The notes under the pieces are model-generated. The model had not been told where the DNA came from, made no database searches, and worked only from the letters and a program-made list of their open reading frames with translations. From NCBI GenBank assembly GCA_965216315.1, contig CBDCFN010000016.1, forward strand, positions 1 to 64,000: a stretch of DNA of 64,000 bases. The letters are read 5' to 3'. Shown here piece by piece: positions 11,797 to 22,662 of the stretch; position 1 is the first letter of the stretch; every line of letters begins with the position of its first letter. The stretch is from a bacterium (GTDB taxonomy: Bacteria > UBA10199 > 2-02-FULL-50-16 > JAJFLM01). Position numbers and translations under genes: made by a program.

Positions 11797-12792
11797 ATGC
11801 ATCGAATTACCTTGATACGAGGCGACGGGATTGGCCCGGAGATCTGTGATGCCACCCTGGCCGTCCTGGAGAGCTGTCGGGTCAAGATTGACTGGGATGA
11901 GCAATTAGCGGGGCAGGGGGCCGTAAAGGCGCTGGGCGCGCCGCTGCCGGATCAGACCGTCCGATCCATCAAAAGAAATCATGTCGCTCTCAAGGGCCCC
12001 CTGACGACTCAGGTGGGGAAAGGCTTTGCCAGCGTCAATGTCATGCTTCGCAAGCAGCTCAAGCTTTATGCCAACGTGCGTCCGGTACGGAGTATGGGTC
12101 AACTCAGCGCTCATTATCGGGATATCGATATGGTCATCATGCGTGAAAATACCGAGGACCTGTATTCCGGCATTGAGCATGAGATTGCGCCTGGCGTCGT
12201 TGAATCGATCAAGGTGATCACGCGGAAGGCCTCAGAGCGGATCGCGCGTTATGCCTTTGAATATGCCAAGCGCCATAAGCGCAAGAAGGTGACTGCGATT
12301 CATAAAGCCAATATTATGAAATTGTCGGATGGACTTTTTTTGGATTGTGCACGACGCGTGGCCAAAAAATATCCGCGCATCGAGTTCGATGACAAGATCG
12401 TCGACAATGCCTGTATGCAGTTGGTCACGCGACCCCAACAGTTTGATATCCTGCTGCTCGAAAATCTTTATGGAGATATTGTTTCCGATCTGGCGGCCGG
12501 TTTGGTCGGTGGGCTTGGTGTGACGCCGGGTTCCAATATTGGCGCCAAAGGAGCTGTCTTTGAGGCCGTTCATGGTTCGGCTCCCGATATTACGGGCCAA
12601 GGAATCGCGAATCCCACGGCCATGATTCTTTCATCGGCTTTGATGCTGGATTATCTCGGTGAAACGAAGGCGGCGGCCCGCATTCGTAAGGCCGTGAGTC
12701 AAACGCTGGCAAGTAAACGCAATTGGACCCCGGACTTAGGGGGTAAGTCGAATACCAAGAAAATTACATCTGCTATTATTAAGGCGCTCTAA
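11797..12792 (+). CDS. icd: Isocitrate/isopropylmalate dehydrogenase family, most like NAD-dependent isocitrate dehydrogenase
   Basis: [37 protein letters not shown] and [10 protein letters not shown]. Confidence 0.85.
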   Translation: MHRITLIRGDGIGPEICDATLAVLESCRVKIDWDEQLAGQGAVKALGAPLPDQTVRSIKRNHVALKGPLTTQVGKGFASVNVMLRKQLKLYANVRPVRSMGQLSAHYRDIDMVIMRENTEDLYSGIEHEIAPGVVESIKVITRKASERIARYAFEYAKRHKRKKVTAIHKANIMKLSDGLFLDCARRVAKKYPRIEFDDKIVDNACMQLVTRPQQFDILLLENLYGDIVSDLAAGLVGGLGVTPGSNIGAKGAVFEAVHGSAPDITGQGIANPTAMILSSALMLDYLGETKAAARIRKAVSQTLASKRNWTPDLGGKSNTKKITSAIIKAL

Positions 12793-12798
12793 GTCTAT

Positions 12799-12910
12799 TA
12801 AATCCCCCTTAGCCTGCCTTGCCGGCAGGCAGGTCCCCCTTTACAAAGGGGGAGATAAAGATCACCGCTTGAAGTCCCTCCCTTTTGTAAAGGGAGGTTA
12901 GGAGGGATTT
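12799..12910. repeat. Composite inverted REP-like doublet with a nested 21-bp palindrome
   Basis: aaatcccccttag[cctgccttgccggcaggcagg]tccccctttacaaagggggaga, plus an inverted copy whose reverse complement is aaatccctcctaacctccctttacaaaagggaggga; lies between convergent genes. Confidence 0.8.
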
Positions 12911-12918
12911 AATTTATA

Positions 12919-13506
12919 TCAAGCCCAACCTAAAAGGCTGACCGCCAATGCCACCCCCAGCGGCACCGTGACATTATCGATATCCGGTGGCGGAAAGGAC
13001 TCGAGGAGCGTGCCGATTCCCGCGATCACCAAGGCCTGCCACCAGTTCAAGAAGAAGAGCGTCCCCACAAAAGCCGTGACAAAGAATGAGGTTGAGCCAG
13101 TCCAGCTCTTGCGGGTGGAATGGGGCAGTTTCCACGTGGCCGGGACGTAATAAGGGACAATGCTGGCGGCGGCATCGGCGATCGTCACGCTGATCAAGCC
13201 GACTTGCGCCGCTTTTAACGGAAGAAATAGAAAGGACATCCCGACACCGGCGGCGAGATAAAATGGGCCGGGGTCGATACGATTGACGCGTGCTTCCCGT
13301 TTGCAGCTGTTAATGAACTTTTGCACGACGGGCAGGGGTGACCCGGAAGCCGCCATGGCTTCAATACCCCAATAGACGACGCACATGATCAGCAATAACC
13401 AGGGGACCAGCGCGGCGTTCCAATAACTAATCGGCAACAGAATGAGGCCCGCGACATGCACGGATTTGCGAGTGATCTCCTGCCGTTTTCTGGATGGCGC
13501 CATCAA
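12919..13506 (-). CDS. Polyprenol/phytol/dolichol kinase-like membrane protein (CTP_transf_1 family)
   Basis: RKSVH, ADAAASIV, KSWTGS and DNVTVP motifs. Confidence 0.85.
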   Translation of the reverse strand: MMAPSRKRQEITRKSVHVAGLILLPISYWNAALVPWLLLIMCVVYWGIEAMAASGSPLPVVQKFINSCKREARVNRIDPGPFYLAAGVGMSFLFLPLKAAQVGLISVTIADAAASIVPYYVPATWKLPHSTRKSWTGSTSFFVTAFVGTLFFLNWWQALVIAGIGTLLESFPPPDIDNVTVPLGVALAVSLLGWA

Positions 13507-13509
13507 TTC

Positions 13510-14895
13510 TTAAGATAACACATGAGCGAGTCTTTTTTGGACCCTTTCTTTGCCGAGGATGGCGAGGGTTTCATAGATGCCCGGGCTGATCGTGTTGCCA
13601 CAGAGGGCGACCCGCAAGGGTTGAGCGACGGCCTTGAGCTTAAGATCTTTGTCCTCGAGAAATTGATCCACGGTGGCCTTGAGTGGTTCGGCTTCGAAAG
13701 GGCCCGTAGCCGTGAGGGCAACGCTGAGTTCTTTGAGGATCGCGAGGTGGTCAGCGGTTAGAAATTTGGCGACGGCTTTTTCATCAAAGTGAGGGAGTGA
13801 TCGAAAGTAGAAATCACTCCGCTGAACCAATTCCTTGAGCGTCTTGGCCTTATCTTTGACGGAGGCGATAGCGTTCTCTCCGTAGGCATCTATTTCGACT
13901 TCGATATCGACCTGCTCGAAGAAGGGCTTGGTGCGTTCCAATAGCTCGCGATGGCTGAGCAGCTTCATGTGCTCGAAGTTGGTCCAGAGTAGCTTTTCGG
14001 GGTTGAAGACCCCAGCTGACTTGCCGACGTTGTCCATGGAAAACTTTTGGATCAATTCCCCGACCGTAAAGATCTCTTGATCGCCATGGGACCAGCCAAG
14101 CCGGGCGAGAAAATTGAGGAGGGCTTCCGGCAAATAGCCTTCATCCCGGTAGGCGAGCACGGAAGTCGCGCCATGACGTTTGGAGAGCCGTTTTTTGTCG
14201 GTGCCCAAGATCATCGGCAAATGGGCGAATTTAGGAATAGGGTAATCGAAGGCCTCATAGAGTTGCACCTGCCGGGGCGTATTGTTGAGGTGGTCATCGC
14301 CGCGAATGACGTGGTTGATGTTCATCGTGACATCGTCAACGACAACGACCAGGTTGTAGGTTGGCGTTCCATCCGTCCGGCGGATGATGAGATCATCGAG
14401 TTCCTTATTTTCAAAAGTGACGCTACCGCGGACTTCATCGAAGATGGTTGTACGGCCCTCTTCGTGGGATAAAAAACGAATGCAGTGGGGCTTGTCCTGG
14501 GACTGATCGGCACTCCGGCAACGGCCGTCGTATTTAGGCTTGAGGCCTTGGGCTTGCATGGCTTCGCGGCGCTGGTCGAGTTCTTCCACCGTGCAGTAAC
14601 ATTTGTAGGCTTTGCCTGCCTTCATGAGTTGATCGATGTGTTCTTGGTACAGGTCCATGCGATCGATCTGGTGGTAGGGGCCTTCATCCCAGTCGAGGCC
14701 CAGCCATTCCATGCCGGCCATAATTGAGTCGACGTATTCCTGGGTCGAGCGTTCGCGATCCGTGTCTTCGATGCGGAGGACAAAGGTCTCCTTGTGCTGG
14801 CGGGCGAGCAACCAGTTAAAGAGGGCCGTACGTGCCCCGCCGATGTGGAGGTAGCCAGTGGGAGACGGGGCAAAGCGGAGGCGGAGTTCGGCCAT
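13510..14895 (-). CDS. gltX: Glutamate--tRNA ligase
   Basis: RFAPSPTGYLHIGGARTA and RLSKR. Confidence 0.97.
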   Translation of the reverse strand: MAELRLRFAPSPTGYLHIGGARTALFNWLLARQHKETFVLRIEDTDRERSTQEYVDSIMAGMEWLGLDWDEGPYHQIDRMDLYQEHIDQLMKAGKAYKCYCTVEELDQRREAMQAQGLKPKYDGRCRSADQSQDKPHCIRFLSHEEGRTTIFDEVRGSVTFENKELDDLIIRRTDGTPTYNLVVVVDDVTMNINHVIRGDDHLNNTPRQVQLYEAFDYPIPKFAHLPMILGTDKKRLSKRHGATSVLAYRDEGYLPEALLNFLARLGWSHGDQEIFTVGELIQKFSMDNVGKSAGVFNPEKLLWTNFEHMKLLSHRELLERTKPFFEQVDIEVEIDAYGENAIASVKDKAKTLKELVQRSDFYFRSLPHFDEKAVAKFLTADHLAILKELSVALTATGPFEAEPLKATVDQFLEDKDLKLKAVAQPLRVALCGNTISPGIYETLAILGKERVQKRLAHVLS

Positions 14896-16583
14896 TATTT
14901 TTCCCCGGCTTTCTGAAGTTTCGCCCATGTGTCTTTGAGCGTGACGATGCGGTTGAAAACGGGTTTTTCCCAGGCGGAGTCGACCGGGTCGACGAAGAAA
15001 TACCCCATGCGCTCGAATTGATACCGTTCTTCGGGCTGGGCCCCGTGGAGTGACGGCTCGAGCTTGGCGTGTTCAATTATTTGAAGGGACTTGGGATTGA
15101 GGTTGGCGTGGAAGTCGTCGCCCTCAAGTGGGTTTTCGCTTTTGAAGAGGCGGTCGAACACGCGCACCTCAGCATCAACGGCGTGTTGCGCGGAGACCCA
15201 GTGCATCGTGGCCTTGACCTTACGTCCGTCGGGGGCGTTGCCGCCCTTGGTTTCCGGATCGTAGGTACAACGGACTTCCGTAACTTCTCCCGTGGCGGGA
15301 TCTTTGATAACGTCGGTACATTTGATGAAGTAGGCGTAGCGCAGCCGGACCTCCCGTCCGGGGGTGAGTCGAAAGAACTTTTTCGGCGGATCTTCCATGA
15401 AGTCTTCTTGTTCGATGTAGAGGACTTTCGAAAAGGGAACCTTGCGAGTGCCGGCCGTGTCGTCATTTGGATTGTTGGTGGCATCCAATTCTTCCCCTTG
15501 GCCGTCCGGATAGTTTTCAATAACGACCTTTAACGGATTGAGGACAGCCATGCGTCGTGGGGCTGTTTGGTTTAATTCATCGCGAATGAAATATTCCAAG
15601 AGGCCGACGTCGACAGTACTATCGCGTTTGGAGACACCGATACGGTCGCAAAAATTGCGGATCGAGGACGGCGTGTAGCCCCTTCTTCTGTAGCCCGAGA
15701 TCGTCGGCATGCGCGGATCATCCCAGCCGGAGACACGGCCTTCGGTGACGAGTTGCAGCAGCAGCCGTTTGCTCATTACCGTGTAAGTCAGATTGAGTCG
15801 TGCAAATTCGATCTGTTGCGGATGACAGGGCGTACGCAACTCATCCAGATACCAGTCGTATAAGGGCCGATGGTCCTCGAACTCTAGGGTGCAAATGGAG
15901 TGCGTGATCTCTTCGATGGCGTCTTCGAGGCAGTGGGCAAAGTCGTACATCGGGTAGATATGCCATTTGTCACCCGTACGCGGATGCGGGGCGTGCTTAA
16001 TGCGATAGATCGCCGGATCCCGCATGTTGAAGTTGGGTGACGCCATATCGATCTTGGCGCGCAGCGTATAGCTTCCTTCTTTAAATTCCCCGGCCTTCAT
16101 GCGGCGGAAGAGATCCAGGTTCTCCTCCATCGGTCGGTCCCGGTCCGGGCTGTTAGTTCCCGGTTCCGTTAAGGTCCCGCGTGTTGCGCGCACTTCTTCG
16201 GCGCTCAGGCTGCAGACGAAGGCCTTGCCCTCCTGGATCAGCTGTTCGGCATAGGCATACATTTGATCGAAATAGTCCGAGGCGAAGTAGAGATGCTCGC
16301 CCCAATCAAAGCCCAACCACTTAACGTCCTCAATGATGCCCTTAATGTATTTTTCTTCTTCCTTTTCCGGGTTGGTGTCGTCGAAGCGGAGATGACAGCG
16401 TCGGCTCTTGTCTTCGAGGGCAATTCCAAAGTTAAGGCAGATGGACTTGGCATGGCCAATGTGGAGAAAACCATTGGGTTCGGGTGGGAAACGGGTGACG
16501 ACTTTGCCGTCGTGCTTGCCGGTCTTCAGGTCGTTCGCGATGATCGCGCGGATAAAATCGAGTCCTTCTTCAATTTCTGCCAT
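14895..16583 (-). CDS. glnS: Glutamine--tRNA ligase
   Basis: [23 protein letters not shown] and FERMGYF. Confidence 0.97.
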   Translation of the reverse strand: MAEIEEGLDFIRAIIANDLKTGKHDGKVVTRFPPEPNGFLHIGHAKSICLNFGIALEDKSRRCHLRFDDTNPEKEEEKYIKGIIEDVKWLGFDWGEHLYFASDYFDQMYAYAEQLIQEGKAFVCSLSAEEVRATRGTLTEPGTNSPDRDRPMEENLDLFRRMKAGEFKEGSYTLRAKIDMASPNFNMRDPAIYRIKHAPHPRTGDKWHIYPMYDFAHCLEDAIEEITHSICTLEFEDHRPLYDWYLDELRTPCHPQQIEFARLNLTYTVMSKRLLLQLVTEGRVSGWDDPRMPTISGYRRRGYTPSSIRNFCDRIGVSKRDSTVDVGLLEYFIRDELNQTAPRRMAVLNPLKVVIENYPDGQGEELDATNNPNDDTAGTRKVPFSKVLYIEQEDFMEDPPKKFFRLTPGREVRLRYAYFIKCTDVIKDPATGEVTEVRCTYDPETKGGNAPDGRKVKATMHWVSAQHAVDAEVRVFDRLFKSENPLEGDDFHANLNPKSLQIIEHAKLEPSLHGAQPEERYQFERMGYFFVDPVDSAWEKPVFNRIVTLKDTWAKLQKAGEK

Positions 16584-16616
16584 GAATGGGTCCTATTATG
16601 GTTTCACTAAATAAGT

Positions 16617-17378
16617 CTATGTTTTTACACGTTCCACTTTGACGAAGATGGCCGTATCGATCTCGCGATATGCCTTGGTGCCGAAGAAAATAAAGTAGCC
16701 TTTGTAGCGGCTATTCTTGGAAGTGCCCCCGATGGCAACCCACTGGCCGAGGGGTGCCGTGACGGTCGATTGGATCTGTTCGGTCCCGATCATGCCCAGG
16801 TGGCGGCCAGGGCTCTTTTGTGTCGTGCTGAGTTGCAAGCGGACTTTATTCCCGACCATCTGAGGTCGGACGAAAAAGCCGGTCGTGTTTTCCCTGTAGG
16901 TCGTGCCCTGTCCGACAAAGCCGTTGGTCGTATAATAGTAAGAGATAGTGGGAAATAGAGTGCCGATGTGAATCATTGCGCGCGAGCCATTGAGGACCTT
17001 GATGTTTTGTAGGGTTTCGCTCTTGTCGGAATCACTGGAATGGATAATCGGGAGCGGGCCGATCAATTCTGTTTGCCCCGCTTTGCTGACCGCCCCTTGA
17101 CGTACTTGGATCATCAATTGTTGGGTTGGGGTGTCCAACGATTTGACGAGCTTTTTTACTTCCAGGAGATTTTGTGACGTGGTCTTGACGATCAATTTTG
17201 ATTCGTAAGCGGAAATACTGCCGCCGGGGACAAGCGTGGGTTCAACGACCGGAGCGATTTCCGCTGCCGGACGGTGGTAGACGTTGATAATTTCAACGGT
17301 CATGGCTTCGGCATGAGAGTGCGGAGGAATAACGAGTCCGCACACGAACAAGATGGCCACGACGGCATAAGTTTTCAT
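16617..17378 (-). CDS. Short secretin-N-domain (NolW-like) exported protein
   Basis: Signal peptide; secretin N-type segment (LIVKTTSQNLLEVKKLVKSLD) followed by beta-rich segments. Confidence 0.65.
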   Translation of the reverse strand: MKTYAVVAILFVCGLVIPPHSHAEAMTVEIINVYHRPAAEIAPVVEPTLVPGGSISAYESKLIVKTTSQNLLEVKKLVKSLDTPTQQLMIQVRQGAVSKAGQTELIGPLPIIHSSDSDKSETLQNIKVLNGSRAMIHIGTLFPTISYYYTTNGFVGQGTTYRENTTGFFVRPQMVGNKVRLQLSTTQKSPGRHLGMIGTEQIQSTVTAPLGQWVAIGGTSKNSRYKGYFIFFGTKAYREIDTAIFVKVERVKT

Positions 17379-17398
17379 GTCGCTGCGATTACGCTCTC

Positions 17399-17713
17399 TT
17401 AAGGTTCATGCTTTGGCTCATTATCTTCGGACTCTGTTCCGCCTTCGCCTTCACCGGAGGTGGGTTCATCGCCCTTTTTCGGCCTTTTTTCTTTCTTGGC
17501 CTTTTTTTCGTGATCCAGGCCTTTTTTCTCGCCTTCACCGACCTCGGCAGCGCGCTCTTTGCCTTTGACTTGGGTCCCCGTGCTGGGGGCGTTACTCTTT
17601 TCGACCGATTGTCCCTTGCCGGGATGTCCCTCGCCCTTGTTTTTGGCGGACACCGGCAGGGTCAGGCCGCAGATCGCCAAGGCGACGACAAACGCTTTGA
17701 TAGAGAATTTCAT
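17399..17713 (-). CDS. Secreted Lys/Glu/Gly-rich low-complexity protein
   Basis: Signal peptide ending VSA; GAGGAGG RBS upstream. Confidence 0.7.
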   Translation of the reverse strand: MKFSIKAFVVALAICGLTLPVSAKNKGEGHPGKGQSVEKSNAPSTGTQVKGKERAAEVGEGEKKGLDHEKKAKKEKRPKKGDEPTSGEGEGGTESEDNEPKHEP

Positions 17714-17775
17714 TGGAGCACCTCCTCAAATAACAGTGAAATTGACTTGAGGGATTATAGCACCGGGGCTGCTAA

Positions 17776-18831
17776 TTATGAAACAGTCTGTTTAGTGCTC
17801 GGAAGGGTCTCTTTAATGGTCTCTTCTTGCTGCTGCGAGGTCCCCAGCCACGGCATCATTGAACGGAGCGACGTACCGACTTTTTCGATCAGACTCTTGG
17901 CCGTCTCTTCGCGCATTTTTTTTAGGGTGGGGCTGCCCGCTTCACAGTCCGCGACGTATTCCTTCGCGAACTCACCGCGTTGAATCTCGTCCAGAGCCTC
18001 TTTCATGCGCGCTTTAGCCCCGTCATCGACGATGCGCGGACCGCGCGTGTAATCTCCATACTCGGCTGTATTGGAGATGGAGTAGCGCATATTACCGAGG
18101 CCCCCTTTGTAGATGAGGTCGACGATGAGTTTGACCTCGTGCAGGCATTCGAAGTAGGCGACTTCCGGCTGATAGCCGGCCTCGACGAGGGTCTCAAAGC
18201 TTTTTTGGATCAGGCTGGTCAGGCCGCCACAGAGGACGACTTGTTCGCCGAAGAGGTCCGTTTCGCATTCTTCTTTAAACGTTGTTTCGATGACGCCGCC
18301 GCGGGTTCCACCGATCCCGCGGGCATAGGCGAGACCGATTTCTTTTGCCTTGCCGGAGGCATCCTGTTCGACCGCAATGAGACAGGGGACGCCGCCGCCT
18401 TCTTGGAATTGCGAACGGACCAGGTGGCCGGGTCCCTTCGGTGCGATGAGGATGCAATCGAGATCATCACGCGGCATGACGCGCTTAAAATGGATGTTAA
18501 AACCGTGGGCGAAGAAGAGGGCTGCGCCTTGTTTGAGGTTGTCTTTAAGATGTTCATCCCAAAGTTGTTTCTGGTTCTCATCGGGGATGAGGATCATGGC
18601 GACGTCGGCTTCTTTAGCGAGCGCATCGATATCGGTTCCGACCATCAGGCCGGCTTTTTGGGCTCGAGAGATGCTGCTGCTGCCTTCGCGCAGACAGACG
18701 GTGACATCGAGTCCGCTATCCTTGAGGTTGAGGGCGTGGGCATGGCCCTGAGAACCATATCCGTATATGACTATCTTTTTCCCCCGCAGGGACTCGAGGC
18801 TTGCATCATCATCGTAGTAAATCGTGGCCAT
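17776..18831 (-). CDS. ilvC: Ketol-acid reductoisomerase
   Basis: [28 protein letters not shown] and SNTAEYG. Confidence 0.96.
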   Translation of the reverse strand: MATIYYDDDASLESLRGKKIVIYGYGSQGHAHALNLKDSGLDVTVCLREGSSSISRAQKAGLMVGTDIDALAKEADVAMILIPDENQKQLWDEHLKDNLKQGAALFFAHGFNIHFKRVMPRDDLDCILIAPKGPGHLVRSQFQEGGGVPCLIAVEQDASGKAKEIGLAYARGIGGTRGGVIETTFKEECETDLFGEQVVLCGGLTSLIQKSFETLVEAGYQPEVAYFECLHEVKLIVDLIYKGGLGNMRYSISNTAEYGDYTRGPRIVDDGAKARMKEALDEIQRGEFAKEYVADCEAGSPTLKKMREETAKSLIEKVGTSLRSMMPWLGTSQQQEETIKETLPSTKQTVS

Positions 18832-18907
18832 GAAAATCTCTCCTTCAAAATAAACAATTAAAAGAACCCGCGAGTGCTAACAAATGAGGCACGTGAAGGC
18901 AAATAAT

Positions 18908-19300
18908 TCAATTAATCGCGAGGGGGGCATGCCCGCTTTTTTCCGCGATCGTGCGGATGCTGTTGTCTTCGGGGTCGACAAAGATAACATGGGGGTGGTG
19001 CTCGGCCAGTTTCTCCTCAGGGATCTGCGCGAAACTCGTAATGATAATCAGATCATCGGGGTCGGCATGATGGGCGGCCGCGCCATTGACCTGGATGGTG
19101 CCCGAGCCGCGTTCGCCTTCGAGGGCGTAGGTCTCAAAGCGGCTGCCGGAGGTGACATTCCAGACATGGACATGCTCGTGGGCGACGATATTGGCGGCCT
19201 CAAGGAGGATAGGATCCACCGTGATCGAGCCTTCATAATGAAGGTCCGCGCGCGTGACGCGGGCCCGGTGAATCTTGGATTTCATGATTTGACGCAGCAT
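18908..19300 (-). CDS. panD: Aspartate 1-decarboxylase
   Basis: KSKIHRA, YEGSITVD (Gly-Ser cleavage site) and NGAAA. Confidence 0.96.
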   Translation of the reverse strand: MLRQIMKSKIHRARVTRADLHYEGSITVDPILLEAANIVAHEHVHVWNVTSGSRFETYALEGERGSGTIQVNGAAAHHADPDDLIIITSFAQIPEEKLAEHHPHVIFVDPEDNSIRTIAEKSGHAPLAIN

Positions 19301-19466
19301 GTTATTCTCGAGTCTATGGGAGTATTATAATAGATGTCAAGCCGCCCGGAAACACCCTATTTATCGGTATTGAGGCGCTTATGTTGCGTCCCTTGCGTCG
19401 GTCTCATAGAGGGTGTAGGTTCACAGTCAGCGGAGTCTGTAGAAAAGGTCAAGCCTGAAGGAAAAC

Positions 19467-20012
19467 ATGAAAATCAGAGTTCAAGACATTCCCGATCTCG
19501 GCATGGAGGTCGTTGCCGATACCTCGACTGACCCCTGGTGGCGCGAGGCCGTCCATGAGGTCTTTGCGACCCGTTGGCAAGCAGACGATCCGGCCCAACT
19601 TGAGGCCCGTCTCGTCCGCAGCGAAGAAATGGTGTCGCTGAATGCGGATATTAATGCGTCGATTCACCCCCAGTGCGATCGCTGTCTGACGACCTTTGAG
19701 CGCCCCTATCATATCCATATCCAGCACTATCTGATCCCCGCGGGGTCGGAAGAAAAGCACGACAAGCGGGGCCGCGAGCGGGAGCTTGATGAAGAAGACC
19801 TCGAATTCGGGACCTATGAAGGCCAAACCATTCAGCTGGGGGAAATTTTGCGGGAGCAGATGGTCTTGGAATTGCCGTATCAGTTCCTCTGCCGCCCGGA
19901 CTGTCAAGGTCTTTGCCCCCATTGCGGGATCAATCGCAATGAGAGCCAATGTTCCTGCCACGAGGAAAGCCATTTGAGTCCGTTTGCCGTCCTCAAAAGC
20001 CTAAAAAGCTGA
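19467..20012 (+). CDS. yceD: DUF177/YceD 23S rRNA accumulation protein
   Basis: CDRCL and LCRPDCQGLCPHCG; upstream of rpmF. Confidence 0.92.
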   Translation: MKIRVQDIPDLGMEVVADTSTDPWWREAVHEVFATRWQADDPAQLEARLVRSEEMVSLNADINASIHPQCDRCLTTFERPYHIHIQHYLIPAGSEEKHDKRGRERELDEEDLEFGTYEGQTIQLGEILREQMVLELPYQFLCRPDCQGLCPHCGINRNESQCSCHEESHLSPFAVLKSLKS

Positions 20013-20106
20013 TTCTTGACAAGGTCCTACACCGCGTGTAAGCAGGGCCGGCGGAGTAAATGTGGCAAATTCGGAGGTTTGAAGGAGAATTTGCGGAGTA
20101 AAAACG

Positions 20107-20289
20107 ATGCCAGTACCTAAACGAAAAAAATCGCGGACGCGAAGCCGCCAAGGTCGCACTCATTATAATGTGAAGGGCCCAACACTCGTGGCCTGCCCGA
20201 AGTGCCGAGAAATGATTCCGCCTCATCAGGTGTGTAAGCATTGTGGCAACTATAAAGGTCAAGAGGTAGTGCGCCTCGAAACCAAATAA
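20107..20289 (+). CDS. rpmF: 50S ribosomal protein L32
   Basis: MPVPKRKKSR, CPKC...HQVCKHCGNY. Confidence 0.96.
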   Translation: MPVPKRKKSRTRSRQGRTHYNVKGPTLVACPKCREMIPPHQVCKHCGNYKGQEVVRLETK

Positions 20290-20295
20290 ATACCT

Positions 20296-20535
20296 ATGTC
20301 CCAGGATCTCGATCAACGCATTATCGAAATCATTGCCGAGCAATTGAGCATGGATGTGGATGAAGTGCAGGCCGATTCTACTTTCATTGAAGACCTCGGT
20401 GCTGACAGCCTTGATATCGTCGAGCTCATCATGGCGATCGAAGAGGAATTTGAAGTAGAGGTTCCCGATGAAGACGCCGAAAAACTTCTGACCGTTCAGC
20501 AAACCATCGATTACGTGGCAGGCAAGGTCGAGTGA
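20296..20535 (+). CDS. acpP: Acyl carrier protein
   Basis: [12 protein letters not shown] phosphopantetheine site. Confidence 0.96.
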   Translation: MSQDLDQRIIEIIAEQLSMDVDEVQADSTFIEDLGADSLDIVELIMAIEEEFEVEVPDEDAEKLLTVQQTIDYVAGKVE

Positions 20536-20975
20536 AGATTGTCATCGGCTCGGATCACGGTGGCGTTGAACTAAAAGACAAGCTCAAGCGCGAACTTTCC
20601 CATAAACAAATCGAAGTCGAAGATCTCGGGACCAATAATTCCGAGTCCGTCGATTATCCTGATTTTGCCGCGCAGGTTTCCGACAAAATTTCCAAGGGGG
20701 AGGCCGATGCAGGGCTCCTCCTCTGTGGCACCGGGATTGGTATGTGTATTACGGCCAATAAATTTAAGAATGTGCGTGCCGCGGTTATCTATGATGAATT
20801 TACCGCCCAAATGGCAAAGGCGCATAACGATGCGAATGTGATCTGCCTGGGTGGCCGCACGACCGAGCCCGAAAAAGCCTGGCAGCTCGTGTCGATCTGG
20901 CTGGAGACGGAGTTTGAGGGGGAGCGGCACATGCGCCGCCTCGACAAGATAAAGGAGATAGAATCCAAATGGTAA
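20532..20975 (+). CDS. rpiB: Ribose 5-phosphate isomerase B
   Basis: GSDHGG, CGTGIG and HNDANV. Confidence 0.95.
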   Translation: MKIVIGSDHGGVELKDKLKRELSHKQIEVEDLGTNNSESVDYPDFAAQVSDKISKGEADAGLLLCGTGIGMCITANKFKNVRAAVIYDEFTAQMAKAHNDANVICLGGRTTEPEKAWQLVSIWLETEFEGERHMRRLDKIKEIESKW

Positions 20976-22210
20976 TGCCGAGTTTACGAGAGGTCGACCC
21001 TGAAGTCGCCGAAGCCATTCGTCAAGAGACCGAGCGCCAGGAATATAAGCTGGAGATGATTGCCTCGGAAAATTACGTGAGTCGCGCCGTGATGGAAGCG
21101 GCCGGCAGCATCATGACAAATAAGTATGCGGAGGGCTATCCGGCGAAGCGCTATTACGGCGGTTGTGATTATGTTGATGTTGCCGAACAGTTAGCGATCG
21201 ACCGTGCCAAACAAATATTCGGCGCCGATCATGCGAATGTCCAACCCCACTCGGGATCTCAGGCGAATATGGCCGTCTATCTCGCGGTGTGTGCGCCAGG
21301 CGACAAAGTGCTCGGGATGAGCCTGCCTGAGGGGGGTCATCTGACCCATGGATCCAAGGTCAACTTTTCAGGGTCGTTGTTTGATGTTGTTCCCTATGGA
21401 CTGACGAAAGATGAGGAACGGATTGACTATGACCAGGTTCGCGACCTGGCTAGGGAACATCGGCCCAAGTTGATCGTGGTTGGGGCATCCGCCTATCCGC
21501 GGGATATCGATTTCAAGACCTTTCGTGAGATTGCCGATGAAGTCGATGCCAAGATTATGGCGGACATTGCCCATCCGGCCGGACTGGTAGCGGCGGGCCT
21601 GCATTCCGACCCAGTTCCTCATTGCGAGTTTATTACGACGACGACTCACAAGACCCTGCGCGGTCCCCGCGGCGGGATGATCATGTGTCGCGAGGAGTTT
21701 GCGAAGAAGGTCAACTCAAAGATCTTTCCGGGGACTCAAGGCGGGCCGTTGATGCACATCATTGCGGCTAAAGCAGTCGCGTTTAAGGAGATACTTCAGG
21801 CCGATTTCAAGGCCTATGCCCAGCAGGTTATTAGCAATGCGCAGGCCTTGGCCGCCACGCTCGTCGAAAAAGGTTTTCGTTTGGTCTCAGGCGGGACCGA
21901 TAATCATCTTATGCTCGTTGATCTGACCAATAAGGACATCACCGGCAAGGCGGCTGAAGAGGCCTTGGGACGCGCGGGCATTACGGTGAATAAGAATACC
22001 GTTCCCAATGAGCAGCGCTCACCTTTTGTCACGAGTGGCGTGCGCATCGGCACGCCAGCGTTGACAACGCGGGGGATGAAAGAGGCCGAGATGCAGCAGA
22101 TCGGGGTCTGGATCGATCAAGTGATTGCTGACATCGAAAATGAAGAGTTACAGGCCAAGATCTTAGGCGAGGTCAACGATCTCTGCCGGCAGTTCCCGTT
22201 GTATTTATGA
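20975..22210 (+). CDS. glyA: Serine hydroxymethyltransferase
   Basis: [14 protein letters not shown] and [13 protein letters not shown]. Confidence 0.97.
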   Translation: MPSLREVDPEVAEAIRQETERQEYKLEMIASENYVSRAVMEAAGSIMTNKYAEGYPAKRYYGGCDYVDVAEQLAIDRAKQIFGADHANVQPHSGSQANMAVYLAVCAPGDKVLGMSLPEGGHLTHGSKVNFSGSLFDVVPYGLTKDEERIDYDQVRDLAREHRPKLIVVGASAYPRDIDFKTFREIADEVDAKIMADIAHPAGLVAAGLHSDPVPHCEFITTTTHKTLRGPRGGMIMCREEFAKKVNSKIFPGTQGGPLMHIIAAKAVAFKEILQADFKAYAQQVISNAQALAATLVEKGFRLVSGGTDNHLMLVDLTNKDITGKAAEEALGRAGITVNKNTVPNEQRSPFVTSGVRIGTPALTTRGMKEAEMQQIGVWIDQVIADIENEELQAKILGEVNDLCRQFPLYL

Positions 22211-22662
22211 AATGCCCCGCTTGCTCCCATTCCGATACCCGCGTCGTCGATTCGCGCCTCGGTAAAGACGGCGAAATTATCCGGCGTCGCCGCGAATGCG
22301 AATCCTGTACCCATCGCTTCACGACCTTTGAACGGATTGAAGAATCCTTGCCCATGGTTGTCAAAAAGGACGACCGTCGCGAGACTTTTAACCGCGATAA
22401 GATCCTCTCAGGCCTGAAGCGTGCCTGCGAGAAGCGGCCAATCAGTATCGAGACCTTGGAAGAAGCCTTAAGCCGCATTGAGAAAACGGTTCAAGAGCGC
22501 GGCGACAAGGAAATCGATGCGACGATAATCGGTCAGTTGGTGATGGAAGAATTAAAAAAGCTCGACCAGGTCGCCTATGTGCGCTTTGCATCCGTCTACC
22601 GCGAGTTCAAAGACATCAACGAGTTCATGCATGAGCTCAAAGGACTCTTAGACAAAAAATAA
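22207..22662 (+). CDS. nrdR: Transcriptional repressor NrdR
   Basis: CPAC...[12 protein letters not shown]-cone and [10 protein letters not shown]. Confidence 0.96.
   Translation: MKCPACSHSDTRVVDSRLGKDGEIIRRRRECESCTHRFTTFERIEESLPMVVKKDDRRETFNRDKILSGLKRACEKRPISIETLEEALSRIEKTVQERGDKEIDATIIGQLVMEELKKLDQVAYVRFASVYREFKDINEFMHELKGLLDKK

Noticed and set aside
17980..18861. 293-aa + strand ORF
   Set aside because: Antisense shadow of ilvC; no motifs of its own.
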